A stretch of 46,700 bases of DNA from an uncultured Campylobacter sp. (GCA_963519525.1 CAUQOI010000001.1:1-46700); one strand, 5' to 3'; shown: positions 28,811 through 39,537, counted from the stretch's first letter. A program made the numbers and translations. The notes: a model not told the origin generated them from the sequence alone.

Positions 28811-30217
28811 TTGGCGACGAAGTTTTATACGTTTACCGGCGAGAGCAGTATGGAGGCGCTAAAAAAGGCACAGGCTCAATGCGGCGAGAGGGCGATCTTG
28901 GTAACGACGAAGCAAATTCAGCCAAAGACGATAAACAAAAAGCCGCTTTATGAAATTTTGGTTAGCGTCGAAGAGGACGCGAGCGAGCAGAAAAAAAATC
29001 AGCCCCAAAAGCAAAATTTAAAGGGCTACGAGGAGTTTTTGCGCGCTCAAACGCCCAAAGATGAAAGACCGCAAAAGATCATTTTAGACGAGCGCGAACT
29101 TTTTAGAGCCGAGCAGCAAAACGCCAAAGCGGCGGTAAATTTGACCCAAAATTCCGCAAGAACCGCGCCGGGGAATCAAAACTACAAAACCGCTCAAAAC
29201 AGCGGCGAGGACATACTCCTAAACATCTCAAAAGCCGCAAAAGAGATAAGCCAGATAGCAAATATCGAAACCGCGCCGGGCCGTCAGGATCAAATTTACG
29301 ACAAAAAGATCGACGACGTCGCAAGGCAGGTAAGTATGCTGAGCGAAAAAGTAAATATGATAGCCGATATGTTCTGGGAGGAGCGTGCAAGTGCCAGAAA
29401 CAACCTGATCATACCGCCCGAGTTTGCCGGCATCTACAAAGACGCCAAAAATAGCGGCATGAAAGAAGAACACCTAGAGCAGATAATGAAAATAACCGCA
29501 GAAAATATGTCGCCTCAGATGAAGGCTAACCCAACCGCGGTGAGGAGATATTTTAGCTCGCTACTTAGAAAGATGTTACCGTGCAGGAGCGAAGAGGACA
29601 ACAGAAAACAAAAAATCATGATGCTAGTGGGACCTACCGGAGTGGGTAAAACTACGACTCTAGCCAAGCTCGCGGCGAGGTTTGCCTACGGCGAGGGCAG
29701 GCGCGCGAAAACGGGCATCATCACGCTTGATACCTACCGTATCGGCGCGGTAGAACAGCTGTTTCAATACGCAAAGATGATGAAACTACCGATCCTTGAC
29801 GTTATCGAGGTGGAGGACTTTAAAAACGCGCTAAAACAGCTAAATCACTGCGAAGTGATCCTCATAGACACCACGGGCAGCTCGCAGTACGATAAAGAAA
29901 AACTAGCTAGGCTTGAAATGTTTTTAAAGCATAGCGACGCGCAAATAGATGTAAATTTGGTACTTTCCGCAGGCTCAAAGATCGATGATATGCTAGAAAT
30001 TTACAACGGTTTTAGCTTCCTTGACATCGATACTCTGATCATCACCAAATTTGACGAAACCAAAATTTTCGGTAACGTATTTTCGCTAGTTTACGAGATA
30101 AATAAACCCGTTAGCTTCTTTTGCCTAGGACAAGAGGTGCCCGACGACATCATGGTCGCTAAGAGCGAGTTTTTAGTCGATTGCCTTTTGCAAGGGTTTA
30201 ATAAGGATAAAAAATGA
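28811..30217 (+). CDS. flhF: Flagellar SRP-like GTPase
   Basis: GPTGVGKTTTLAKLA, DTYRIGAVEQL, TKFDET, GQEVPDD; TTG start after AGGAG. Confidence 0.95.
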   Translation: MATKFYTFTGESSMEALKKAQAQCGERAILVTTKQIQPKTINKKPLYEILVSVEEDASEQKKNQPQKQNLKGYEEFLRAQTPKDERPQKIILDERELFRAEQQNAKAAVNLTQNSARTAPGNQNYKTAQNSGEDILLNISKAAKEISQIANIETAPGRQDQIYDKKIDDVARQVSMLSEKVNMIADMFWEERASARNNLIIPPEFAGIYKDAKNSGMKEEHLEQIMKITAENMSPQMKANPTAVRRYFSSLLRKMLPCRSEEDNRKQKIMMLVGPTGVGKTTTLAKLAARFAYGEGRRAKTGIITLDTYRIGAVEQLFQYAKMMKLPILDVIEVEDFKNALKQLNHCEVILIDTTGSSQYDKEKLARLEMFLKHSDAQIDVNLVLSAGSKIDDMLEIYNGFSFLDIDTLIITKFDETKIFGNVFSLVYEINKPVSFFCLGQEVPDDIMVAKSEFLVDCLLQGFNKDKK

Positions 30218-31080
30218 ACACTCAAGCCGAGAAACTAAAAGATATAGTAGCCTCTAGATCAAATGCGAAAAACACGCGCTTCATTGCCGTAACTAGCGGC
30301 AAAGGCGGCGTGGGCAAGAGCACCATAAGCGCAAATTTGGCAAACATCCTCGCTAGAAACGGTTACAAAGTCGCGCTTTTTGACGCGGACATAGGGCTAG
30401 CAAATTTAGACGTCATCTTAAACGTACGCATTAGTAAAAATTTGCTCCACGTGCTAAAAGGCGAGTGCTCGTTAAAAGATATCTTGATCGAGGTAAAACC
30501 GAATTTGACGTTGATTCCCGGCGAGAGCGGAGACGAGATACTTAAATTTAACAACCAATTTTTATACGAGCGCTTTTTCGAGGAGTCCTCGAGCCTTGAC
30601 GATCTTGATTTTATCATCATCGACACTGGTGCTGGCATCGGCGGAAACACTCAGCTGTTTTTAGAGGCCGCAGACGAGGTCATCGTCGTGACCGTGCCCG
30701 ACCCCGCCGCGATAACCGACGCCTACGCCGTCATCAAAATCACCTCTAAAAATAAAGACAATCTGCTTATGCTTTTTAACATGGTTAGGAGCGAAAAGGA
30801 GGCGGTTAGGATATTTGAGCATGTGCGCAAGGTAGCTAGGGCAAATATCGAAAATCCGTTAAATTTGGAGTTTTTGGGCGCTATCAGCGAGGATAAAAAC
30901 GTCTCTCGCAGCATAAAACAGCGCACGCTTTTTACCGACGACAGCAGATACGATGCCGCGAGCATGGAGCTTGAGCAGGTGGCGTCAAAGCTACTTTATA
31001 GATTGGAACAAAAAGTGCTTAATCCAAGTACGAACAACAGCTTCAGCGGCTTTTTTAGGCGGCTAATGGAGCAATTTTAA
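30214..31080 (+). CDS. flhG: MinD-like ATPase
   Basis: SGKGGVGKS, DADIGLANLD, DTGAG; follows flhF. Confidence 0.95.
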   Translation: MNTQAEKLKDIVASRSNAKNTRFIAVTSGKGGVGKSTISANLANILARNGYKVALFDADIGLANLDVILNVRISKNLLHVLKGECSLKDILIEVKPNLTLIPGESGDEILKFNNQFLYERFFEESSSLDDLDFIIIDTGAGIGGNTQLFLEAADEVIVVTVPDPAAITDAYAVIKITSKNKDNLLMLFNMVRSEKEAVRIFEHVRKVARANIENPLNLEFLGAISEDKNVSRSIKQRTLFTDDSRYDAASMELEQVASKLLYRLEQKVLNPSTNNSFSGFFRRLMEQF

Positions 31081-31095
31081 ATTTAGGATTTTACT

Positions 31096-31449
31096 TTGAG
31101 AGCGGAAAATTTTATAGCATTTTTTACGGTTTGCGGATTTTTCATCGGCGCGACTTTTTCGGCGTTAAAGCTGAACGACCCGATAGATATGCTTGTTTAT
31201 ACGTTTCTCATTACGTTTTTTTTCTATCTTTTGGTACACGTGGTTATTATAAATTATTTAGACGCCAAAGCGTCGCTAAAAAGGCGGTTTGATAAGGAAC
31301 TATACGAGCAAAGGGCCGATTATCTAATCGGCGAACTAGCGCTTAGAGAAAAACGAATAGATAATCTCTTAAGCAAGCTCGCAAACGAAAATATACTGAT
31401 AAAACAAACGTTAAATAAGAGCAACGAAAGTAATGCAAAAGCCGCTTAA
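31096..31449 (+). CDS. Conserved membrane protein between flhG and fliA (Cj0062c-like)
   Basis: ENFIAFFTVCGFFIG, two TM helices, synteny. Confidence 0.8.
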   Translation: MRAENFIAFFTVCGFFIGATFSALKLNDPIDMLVYTFLITFFFYLLVHVVIINYLDAKASLKRRFDKELYEQRADYLIGELALREKRIDNLLSKLANENILIKQTLNKSNESNAKAA

Positions 31450-32128
31450 TCCATACGCCCAGACGATAAAAAAAGAGCAAGACGACATCGTACTGGCCTA
31501 CATACCTGCTCTTCGAGCGATGGCTTTTAGGCTAAAGGAGCGCTTGCCCGCTCATATCGACGTTAGCGACCTGATAGGCGCCGGGCTTGAGGAGATGGTA
31601 AAGCTCTCCAGAAAATACGACAAAGAGCAAAACGACTCCTTTTGGGGCTATGCTCAAAAGCGAGTTTACGGCGCGATGCTTGATTTTTTGCGCGGGCTTG
31701 ACGTGGTTAGCCGCTCGGACCGCACTTTGGTAAAGTCTATCGAGGCTTTGGTGGATGAGTATTTTAATAAATTTGAGCACGAGCCCGACGACGCGTATAT
31801 CGCAGGAAAGCTTGGCGTCGATATAGAAAAAGTAAGCGAAGCAAGAAACGTGAGCGCGGTCGTCGCCGTCCTAAATATCGACGATCAAATGGAGTTAATG
31901 AGCGAAGAAAATACGCTCGAGCGGATCGAAAAAGAGGACTTGATAGAAAAGATAGCTCAAATTTTAAACGAATTTGAGGAGCGCGATCAGCTCATCGTGC
32001 AGCTTTATTATTATGAGGAGCTGAGCTTAAAGGAGATTAGCGAAATTTTACAAATAACAGAAAGTAGGATCTCGCAAATCCATAAGCGCTTGATGGATAA
32101 AATAAGAAAAAAGCTTGAGGGCAGATAA
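31433..32128 (+). CDS. fliA: RNA polymerase sigma-28
   Basis: AMAFRLKERLP, GAMLDFLR, LYYYEELSLKEI, ESRISQIH. Confidence 0.96.
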   Translation: MQKPLNPYAQTIKKEQDDIVLAYIPALRAMAFRLKERLPAHIDVSDLIGAGLEEMVKLSRKYDKEQNDSFWGYAQKRVYGAMLDFLRGLDVVSRSDRTLVKSIEALVDEYFNKFEHEPDDAYIAGKLGVDIEKVSEARNVSAVVAVLNIDDQMELMSEENTLERIEKEDLIEKIAQILNEFEERDQLIVQLYYYEELSLKEISEILQITESRISQIHKRLMDKIRKKLEGR

Positions 32129-33231
32129 TGGCGGACATTTTAAGTCAAGAAGAGATAGACGCGCTACTAGAAGTCGTGGACGACGAAGAGGCGAGCGGGT
32201 CGATCGGCGAGGGCGGTAAGGAAGAGCAGCGCCAGGTAATAATCTATGATTTTAAACGCCCAAACCGCGTCAGCAAGGAACAGCTACGCGCGATAAAGGG
32301 CATACACGACAAGCTTGCGAGAAATTTGGCTTCTCAAATTTCAAGCGTTATGAGAAGTATCGTGGAGATCCGCCTGCACAGCGTCGATCAGATGACCTAC
32401 GGCGAGTTTTTGATGAGTTTGCCGAGCCCTACTAGCTTTAACGTCTTTTCGATCAAGCCGCTTGACGGTAACTGCGTTTTGGAGATAAACCCGAGCATCG
32501 CATTTCCGATGATAGATCGCTTGCTAGGCGGTAACGGCGAGGGTTTTGAGGCTAGCAGGGAGCTAACCGATATCGAGGTAAATTTACTCGATGCGATCCT
32601 AAGGATGATGATGCAGCGCCTAAAAGAGAGCTGGGCGATGATCACCGATATGTACCCAAACGTCGAGGCTAAAGAGAGCAGTCCAAACGTCGTACAAATC
32701 GTCAGCCAAAACGAGATCGTGATAATGGTCGTCATGGAGATCATCGTAGGCAACTCAAGCGGTATGATAAACATCTGCTATCCGGTCATCTACCTAGAGC
32801 CGATCTTAAGCCGACTAGCCAACCGCGACATAATGCTTGGCGAAACGAGCGCGAAAAAGAGCCGAAACAAAGAGCTAAAAACGCTAATCGGGCGCGCTGA
32901 AGTGCTGTATGAGGCGATACTGGGCAAAAGCGTCGTTAGCGTAAACGAGTTTTTAAATTTAAAAGAGGGCGACATACTGCGCCTTGACCGCTCGGCAAAC
33001 GACAAAGCTATCGTCACGATAGATAAAAAAGAGGTATTTTTGGCCGAGGTCGGGCTGCATAGATTTAGAAAATCTATCCGCATAGAAGAGCTAATCAGAA
33101 GCGACAAGGACGAGATCAAAAACATCCTCGAGCAGTACGAAGAAGAGCGCAAAGCCAAGCTAATGAGCTACGATCAAGAAAACGAAGATGATGAGGATAA
33201 TATATTAGGCGAGGGTGAAGATGATGAATGA
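32128..33231 (+). CDS. fliM: Flagellar motor switch protein
   Basis: MADILSQEEIDALL, YDFKRPNRVSKEQ. Confidence 0.97.
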   Translation: MADILSQEEIDALLEVVDDEEASGSIGEGGKEEQRQVIIYDFKRPNRVSKEQLRAIKGIHDKLARNLASQISSVMRSIVEIRLHSVDQMTYGEFLMSLPSPTSFNVFSIKPLDGNCVLEINPSIAFPMIDRLLGGNGEGFEASRELTDIEVNLLDAILRMMMQRLKESWAMITDMYPNVEAKESSPNVVQIVSQNEIVIMVVMEIIVGNSSGMINICYPVIYLEPILSRLANRDIMLGETSAKKSRNKELKTLIGRAEVLYEAILGKSVVSVNEFLNLKEGDILRLDRSANDKAIVTIDKKEVFLAEVGLHRFRKSIRIEELIRSDKDEIKNILEQYEEERKAKLMSYDQENEDDEDNILGEGEDDE

Positions 33232-34060
33232 TTTTTTGAAAATTTTCGTAAATGAAGTAAAGGCTACGATCGAGGGACTAACGGGCAGGACGCCCGAGAT
33301 AGGCGAGAGAAACGAATACGACGCGCCCAAACAAGAAGGCATAAAACCGCCTCTGGCCGTAGCAAACGTAACCGTCAGCGGCGACGCGACGGCAAAGATG
33401 ATGCTAGTAGCCACGCCTGTGCTAATGAGCGCGATAGGCGAGTGGATGCTCGGAGAAGAGGAGATCTCTCGCAACGAAAATCTAAGCGACGACGAGCTAG
33501 ACGCCGCAAAAGAGGTATTTTCAAATATTTTGGGCGCATTTTCCACGAGCCTTGGCGCGCAAAAAGGCATGCCGAAGCTAAATTTTGAGGTCGCGAAGGT
33601 AAATTTTCTCGACGAGAGCGCGAATTTAGACGTAAACACGTTTGAAAAAATCTACATCTACTCCGTTAAAATCGGCGACATCAGCGAGCATATCGCTATC
33701 GTGCTTGATTTTTCGTTAGTTAAGTTTTTTAACAAAGATCAAAAAGAACCCGCCGCCCAGCAAGCAGCTGCTACAAAAAGTGATCTAAGCGCCGAAGAGA
33801 TGCGAAATATCGGGCTCATCATGGACGTGCGCCTACCGCTTCACGTACGCATCGGCTCAAAAAGAATGCTACTAAAAGACGTGCTAACGATGGACATAGG
33901 CTCGGTCATCGAGCTAAATCAGCTCGCAAACGACCCGCTAGAAATTCTAATCAGCGACAAGGTCGTAGCTCTAGGCGAAGTCGTCATCGTAGACGGAAAC
34001 TTCGGCATCCAGATCACTCAGATCGGCACGAAAAAAGAGCGCCTCGAACAGCTTAGATAA
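33221..34060 (+). CDS. fliY: Flagellar motor switch protein
   Basis: CheC-like N-domain plus C-terminal SpoA domain (GEVVIVDGNFGIQI). Confidence 0.93.
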   Translation: MMNDFLKIFVNEVKATIEGLTGRTPEIGERNEYDAPKQEGIKPPLAVANVTVSGDATAKMMLVATPVLMSAIGEWMLGEEEISRNENLSDDELDAAKEVFSNILGAFSTSLGAQKGMPKLNFEVAKVNFLDESANLDVNTFEKIYIYSVKIGDISEHIAIVLDFSLVKFFNKDQKEPAAQQAAATKSDLSAEEMRNIGLIMDVRLPLHVRIGSKRMLLKDVLTMDIGSVIELNQLANDPLEILISDKVVALGEVVIVDGNFGIQITQIGTKKERLEQLR

Positions 34061-34212
34061 GGTTAAATTTAGAAATAAGAGGCTAAATTTAGCCTCGCTT
34101 TAGCTCGGGCGCGCCTTTTCTTAAATTTGACGGTATTTGCTCAAATTTGAACGCAAAACTATGGCGCCTAAATTTAACCCCGCGAGCGCAAATTTAACCG
34201 CAAAGAGAAATA

Positions 34213-34809
34213 ATGGATGAAATTTTAAACGATCTGGCTAAATTTAGGGATTTTGCGACTTATAAAAATCCTAGCGTTACGTTTTTTGGTTCGGCCAGAT
34301 TTGACGAAAATAGCAAATACTGTAAAATGGCCTTTAGCCTCGCAAAAGAGCTTGCCGACGGCGGTTTTGCGGTCGTTAGTGGCGGAGGGCCCGGCGTGAT
34401 GGAGGCTGCGAACAAAGGAGCGTACGAGAGTGGCAAAAGTCCGTCAATAGGCCTAAATATCGTGCTTCCGTTTGAGCAGGTGACGAACAGATACGCCACG
34501 AGCAACATTGTCTTTTCAAATTTATCCGCTCGCAAATTTGCCCTTATCGAGCGCTCGAGCGCGTTTTTGGTGTTTCCGGGCGGCTTTGGGACGCTTGATG
34601 AGCTGTTTGAGATCCTAGTGCTCGCGCAAATCGGCGCCAAAAAAGCTAAAATTTTCCTCATCGGAAGCGAGTTTTGGAGTAAGCTCGATGATTTCATCAA
34701 AACCACGCTGATACGCGAAAAAGCCATCAGCGAGGAGGATCTGTCGCTTTATACGATCAGCGATGATCTAGACGCCGTGCGAGATGAAATTTTGCGGATT
34801 TTAGACTAG
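34213..34809 (+). CDS. LOG family (TIGR00730) protein
   Basis: FFGSAR, GGGPGVMEAANKGA, PGGFGTLDE. Confidence 0.92.
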   Translation: MDEILNDLAKFRDFATYKNPSVTFFGSARFDENSKYCKMAFSLAKELADGGFAVVSGGGPGVMEAANKGAYESGKSPSIGLNIVLPFEQVTNRYATSNIVFSNLSARKFALIERSSAFLVFPGGFGTLDELFEILVLAQIGAKKAKIFLIGSEFWSKLDDFIKTTLIREKAISEEDLSLYTISDDLDAVRDEILRILD

Positions 34810-34848
34810 GCGAGTGCGCTAAATTTTATAAATTTTGAGGATTTGGCG

Positions 34849-35085
34849 ATGTTTGACAGGATGCGAGATAGGATCGCTTTTGCGCTGATTTGCCTCGTTT
34901 TTATCGCTATTTGCGGCTATATCGCTGTCAAATTTGACGGTGCTCGCATCCATTTGCTGATTTTAACCGTCGTGGTTTTTGTAGTTGCGATCGCGGCGCA
35001 CATGATACACGAAAATTTAAAGCTGGATAAAGATCTAAAAGAGGGCGATGCTCAAGATAAAAGCCGTAAACAGCTTGGCGGCTAG
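34849..35085 (+). CDS. Small two-TM hypothetical protein
   Basis: Two hydrophobic segments; GAGG RBS; exact start uncertain. Confidence 0.55.
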   Translation: MFDRMRDRIAFALICLVFIAICGYIAVKFDGARIHLLILTVVVFVVAIAAHMIHENLKLDKDLKEGDAQDKSRKQLGG

Positions 35086-35518
35086 TTAAATTTGGTCGGT
35101 AAATTTGCCGATTGCTTATACTTGGCGTTCGGCGTTAAATTTTGATTTTTGTAAATTTAGCCGGCCTGCATTTTAGTAATTTTAGTGAGCGAATCTTTTA
35201 AATTTACGCTCCAAGCGCCTTGTTCTAAAAATTATAAATTCTCTCCGCCGAGCGCATTTGCATTTTGCGTCAAATTTGGTAAATTTAACCGTGCTATCAC
35301 CGTTTTCAAATTCTACGTTGCCGTCTCGGTGCGTAAAATTAAGAGCCGAGTAAGGCGCAAAAGCTAAATGCCCGTTTAGCTCGCTATCCTTGGCTCGCAA
35401 ATTTATAGCCTATTAAGCTAATTTTTATATAATCGCACCGAATTATACGAATTTGTCTTATTGTGGGGCTAGGGCGAGATTTGTAAATTTTAAAGCCGAA
35501 TTTAAAATACAAAACTTT

Positions 35519-35641
35519 AGGGTGCGGTATTTTTAGATGATTTTTGCGGCTGTGCCGTCAATTTTCGGCGTAGATAGAACACATAGTTCATCGAGCCGAA
35601 AATTTACAAGCTCCGCAAAAAGCGCTAAAAAGACAAGCCCT
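35519..35641 (+). repeat. Palindromic intergenic element, copy D (before the mnmA RBS)
   Basis: GGGTGCGGTATTTTT...TTTTTGCGG...AATTTTCGGC...GCCGAAAATT...CCGCAAAAA...AAAAAGACAAGCCC. Confidence 0.75.
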
Positions 35642-35659
35642 CGCAATAGGAAAGAAAAA

Positions 35660-36676
35660 ATGAAAATACTAATGGCCATGAGCGGCGGCGTCGACTCCAC
35701 CATGAGCGCCAAAATGCTGCTAGAGGCGGGTCACGAGGTCGTGGGCTGCTATATGAAACTACACAAAAAGCCCGGCTATCACGAGCAAAACATCGGTAAA
35801 GTAGCCCGCGCGTGCGAGTATCTGGGCATAAACTATCATGTGATCGATCTGCAAGACGAGTTTGATAGATACGTCTATACGCCGTTTGTCGGCGCTTATA
35901 AAGAGGGTCGCACGCCAAATCCGTGCGCGCTTTGCAACCGCTTTATAAAATTCGGCGAGCTGTTAAAATTCGCCAAAAGTATCGGCTGCGAAAAGCTCGC
36001 CACCGGCCACTACATCCGCGTTCAAGACGGCCTCATCAGAGTCGCCGCCGATCCTAGCAAAGACCAGAGCTACTTCGTCGCGCAGGTGCCAAAGGAGATA
36101 ATCGCCGATATGATTTTCCCGCTCGGAGACAAATTTAAAAAAGATATAAAAGAGCTGGCAAAATCTCTGCCGAGCTTTCGCGAGTACGGCGAGCAGGCCG
36201 AGAGTAGCGAGATTTGCTTCGTCGAAGACACCTATATCGAGGTGCTAAACAAGCACTACGAGACCGACCTGCCGGGCGACGTGGTCGATAGCGTGGGCAG
36301 GGTGATCGGGCGACATAACGGCTATATGCACTACACGATCGGCAAGAGGCGCGGTTTTGAGGTGTTTGGGGCGCACGAGCCGCATTTCGTGCTCGCTATC
36401 GACGCGGCAAATAACCGCATCGTCGTAGGTAGCAAAGAGGAGCTTGAGCGCGGTAAAATCGCGGTAAATAGCCTAAATTTGTTCACGGACGAGAGCGAGT
36501 TTGACTGCGACGTCAAGGTTCGCTACCGCAGTATCGGGCTAAACGCGCGCGTAAAAGTGCTAGATGGCGGCACCGCCGAGGTCGAGCTAAAACAGAGCGC
36601 GTTTGGCGTGGCTAGCGGGCAGCTCGCGGTATTTTACAGAGGCGAGCTGGTTATCGGCAGCGGATTTATACTGTAA
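35660..36676 (+). CDS. mnmA: tRNA 2-thiouridylase
   Basis: AMSGGVDS, TPNPCALCN, ATGHY, KDQSYF, YTIGKRRG; ATG 35660. Confidence 0.96.
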   Translation: MKILMAMSGGVDSTMSAKMLLEAGHEVVGCYMKLHKKPGYHEQNIGKVARACEYLGINYHVIDLQDEFDRYVYTPFVGAYKEGRTPNPCALCNRFIKFGELLKFAKSIGCEKLATGHYIRVQDGLIRVAADPSKDQSYFVAQVPKEIIADMIFPLGDKFKKDIKELAKSLPSFREYGEQAESSEICFVEDTYIEVLNKHYETDLPGDVVDSVGRVIGRHNGYMHYTIGKRRGFEVFGAHEPHFVLAIDAANNRIVVGSKEELERGKIAVNSLNLFTDESEFDCDVKVRYRSIGLNARVKVLDGGTAEVELKQSAFGVASGQLAVFYRGELVIGSGFIL

Positions 36677-36906
36677 ATTTTATCTTAAATTTGATCGCTT
36701 GGAGCGGTCAAATTTGTCAAATTTAGATCGGGGTTTGCGGGCAAAGGCTGGTCAAATTTGCCTGCATTTGATCAAATTTAAGATCTAGTCAAATTTACCG
36801 CTCGCCGTGCAAAATCCTCAAATTTTCTTTGTTTTACGGTCTGCTTTCATGCTTCAAATTTAGCCTAAAATAGCTAAAATATACAAAAATAATCAAAGGA
36901 TGCAAG

Positions 36907-37389
36907 ATGAATCAAAAAGAGATCACCGAGGAGCTCATCATAAAAATGATCAACGCCGCTGATCGCAAGCAAACCCAGCGCGTGCGCGAGTGCTTCGCCG
37001 ACGTCGTATTCGTCGATCACTCGAGCCTAAACGGCATGCGCGGCGCGCTCGTGAGCGCGGACGAGTTCGTGACGTCGTGGCAGCAGCTGCTCGAGGACGC
37101 GCAGACCTACACTTCGCTTAGCAACTTTGAGCTATTGCCCGCGCAGGAGGGCATCAGCGCCGAGTGCCACGCGCACATGGTTTACACCGCGTCCGGCGTC
37201 GAGACGTGGGAGATATTTGGGCGTCAGATTTTTGAGATATTTAGGGTTTCGGGCGAGTATAAGATCACTTCGTTTCAGTTTGCCGCCGCCGTACAAAGGG
37301 GCAATAAAAACTTCCTAAAAGAGCTGCAAGCGCGTAAAAAACGCTCAAAACTGGGTCAAATTTACGATAAATTTAGCGGGAAAAAGTGA
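36907..37389 (+). CDS. SnoaL-like/NTF2-fold protein
   Basis: AADRK...ECFADVVFVDHSSL pattern typical of the SnoaL-like family; AAGGA RBS. Confidence 0.7.
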   Translation: MNQKEITEELIIKMINAADRKQTQRVRECFADVVFVDHSSLNGMRGALVSADEFVTSWQQLLEDAQTYTSLSNFELLPAQEGISAECHAHMVYTASGVETWEIFGRQIFEIFRVSGEYKITSFQFAAAVQRGNKNFLKELQARKKRSKLGQIYDKFSGKK

Positions 37390-37480
37390 GATTTGTTTTA
37401 TGCGCGCGAGGCTTTAATGCAAAACCCGCACCGCAAAAATGCTAATTTAGTTGTAAAAACCCCAGCCGTTAAATTTGCCC

Positions 37481-38449
37481 TCACTTAAAAATATCAAGAT
37501 TCAAATTTAACTCGTCTATGATAGATAAAAGCTCTGAAATTTCCTTTTTTATCTGCTTTACGTCATAAAGGCTAGGCGGTAGCGAAAACGGCGTAGTTTC
37601 AAATCTATTTTTCGCTCCGTTTAAAAATAGATAAAATTTATCGTCCATAAACGCCGCACTCACGCCCATCTCTCCCGCAAATTTTATCTTTAACTCTCGC
37701 AAGCGCTTCATGAATGCGGGCGTCAAAAGATATCTTGCTTCGACCTTGTCGTCCGTAAAAACTCTAAATTCATCGTTAAAAAGAGTATCGTCCATCTGCT
37801 CTTTTTCGCCTAAAAATTTAGTATTTAGCGTGCGGCTCGCGACTATCGTTTGCCCGCTAAATTTCTTGTAAAACTCGCAGACTAAGACCGAGCCGCTAAA
37901 GGCTTGGGCATTGCTATATATTGTATAGAAAGCCGTAGCGACAAAAAGGACTGAGGCTATTTCCGGAGAGCAGCCGGTGCCGGCGACGATAGTTCCGCCC
38001 GGTATCCTTATTGCTTCGCTTAAGCTAAATTTAACGCCGTTATAAATGCCGCTGATTTGATCTTCGGCGCGGAATTTATTTTGCACATATATGCCTATCT
38101 TTTTAAATTCCTCACGGCTAATCCCCGCCGACGGTTCATAACTAAAAGCCTGGTTTATATCTGAAATAATGGTACGAATATAAACATCTTTGTAAAATTC
38201 CTCGTAAACCCATAATGGTTCAATTACATTAGACCAAGTTGTCACCCATGAGACGATAAAAATTGGAATATAACCGATGATGATAAATATTACGCCTAAT
38301 TCGCTTCTAAAAATTTTTTCCGCTACGAAAATCCCGCTAAGCGGCAATATGGCTATAAAAAAGATCCCCAAAAATAGATACTTTACAAACGCACGTCTGC
38401 ACTCTTTTTGCTTTTTTCTAGTTGCCTCTATGGCTTCGTTTATGTTCAA
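37481..38449 (-). CDS. DUF3137-family membrane protein
   Basis: Two N-terminal TMs; EDQISG, FSG, DDKVEARYLLTPAFM motifs; TTG start at 38449 inferred. Confidence 0.8.
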   Translation of the reverse strand: MNINEAIEATRKKQKECRRAFVKYLFLGIFFIAILPLSGIFVAEKIFRSELGVIFIIIGYIPIFIVSWVTTWSNVIEPLWVYEEFYKDVYIRTIISDINQAFSYEPSAGISREEFKKIGIYVQNKFRAEDQISGIYNGVKFSLSEAIRIPGGTIVAGTGCSPEIASVLFVATAFYTIYSNAQAFSGSVLVCEFYKKFSGQTIVASRTLNTKFLGEKEQMDDTLFNDEFRVFTDDKVEARYLLTPAFMKRLRELKIKFAGEMGVSAAFMDDKFYLFLNGAKNRFETTPFSLPPSLYDVKQIKKEISELLSIIDELNLNLDIFK

Positions 38450-38577
38450 ATTTTGCCTTTTTAGGATTTTACGTTTGGAGCGAATTTTAGCGAAATTTAC
38501 ACCGTAAAGGTGCTGGTTTGGGCAAGTAAGCAAATAAATTTAAAGAAAAATAGGTCAAATTTGGCCGAAAATAAAAG

Positions 38578-38607
38578 AATTTAAGCCGAATCAAATCGGC
38601 TTAAATT
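38578..38607. terminator. Hairpin after the SurA-like gene
   Basis: AATTTAAGCCGA-N6-TCGGCTTAAATT. Confidence 0.65.
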
Positions 38608-38612
38608 TGAGT

Positions 38613-39449
38613 TTATCGTAGATATTTGACGTTAGCTTTGGCGCGGAGTTTGTTGAAGTATTCGCCGATGACACGGTCTTGCTCGAGTTTATAAAGCGCG
38701 TTCATCGCTTCGTCTCTGACTTCGTCAAATTCAGGCATCGTTTGCCCCTTTTTAGACGCTACGTAAAACATCTCAAAACCCTCTGGAGTCTGAAAAATCT
38801 GTGTGAAAGTGCCGTCCGGGGTCTGCTGAAATATCGTTCGTAGTTGAGGCGGGATCTGCTCGCTTTTTAGATCTAGCACGTCCATGTGCACGCTGTGGTT
38901 GGTGTTCATCGGGGAGCTGTGTCTGGCGGCCTCTAAAAGCTGCATCGAAGGCGCCACGTATCTAGTCACGCTCACGTCGGTAAAGTGCGCGAAAAGGTCG
39001 CGATTTTGCTCGAAATACGCTCTCGCGGCATTTTCTGAAATGTTGATTTTGGCGTCGGCAAATATGCTTTGATACAGCTTTTCTTGTTTTATGGTCTTTG
39101 CGACGTCGTCTTTAAACTGCGCGTAGTCGCCGCCCTTCGATAGCACGGCCGAGCGTAGATCTGAGGCGCTCATACCGCTCTCGCTTGCGATCTTTTGCAA
39201 TCTTTGATTTAGCTCGTAGTCGCTGGCTTCGATTTTTAGATTTTTGATCTGCGCGGTTTCGAGTCTATCGCGGATCAGTAAATTTAGCGCGTTTGCTTCG
39301 CTTGTTTGCAGCTGCGCGGCGGCTTTTCGCACTTCGTTTACGGTGATGGGTTCGTTTTCGATGATGACGGCGATGCCGTTTGAGATCTGGCTCGCGTTAG
39401 CCATACAAAAACTGAGAAAAAACGCGGCGAATGAGATCTTTTTTAACAT
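38613..39449 (-). CDS. SurA-like periplasmic chaperone/PPIase (Cj1289-like)
   Basis: Signal peptide, IAVIIENEPIT, YFNKLRAKANV; divergent from gltX. Confidence 0.85.
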   Translation of the reverse strand: MLKKISFAAFFLSFCMANASQISNGIAVIIENEPITVNEVRKAAAQLQTSEANALNLLIRDRLETAQIKNLKIEASDYELNQRLQKIASESGMSASDLRSAVLSKGGDYAQFKDDVAKTIKQEKLYQSIFADAKINISENAARAYFEQNRDLFAHFTDVSVTRYVAPSMQLLEAARHSSPMNTNHSVHMDVLDLKSEQIPPQLRTIFQQTPDGTFTQIFQTPEGFEMFYVASKKGQTMPEFDEVRDEAMNALYKLEQDRVIGEYFNKLRAKANVKYLR

Positions 39450-39537
39450 ATAAAACCTTTGTTTAAGTCTAAAGTAAATATAATTTGAGCATTATAACAT
39501 TTTAAATTTAAGCGCAAGCTATACAAGGTAAAATTTA

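Noticed and set aside
35537..35659. N-terminal extension of MnmA (also the extensions on PseC, PseF, PseH, FlhF and DUF4198)
   Set aside because: These are ORF-caller extensions; better RBS-supported starts lie downstream, and two of them run through palindromic elements.
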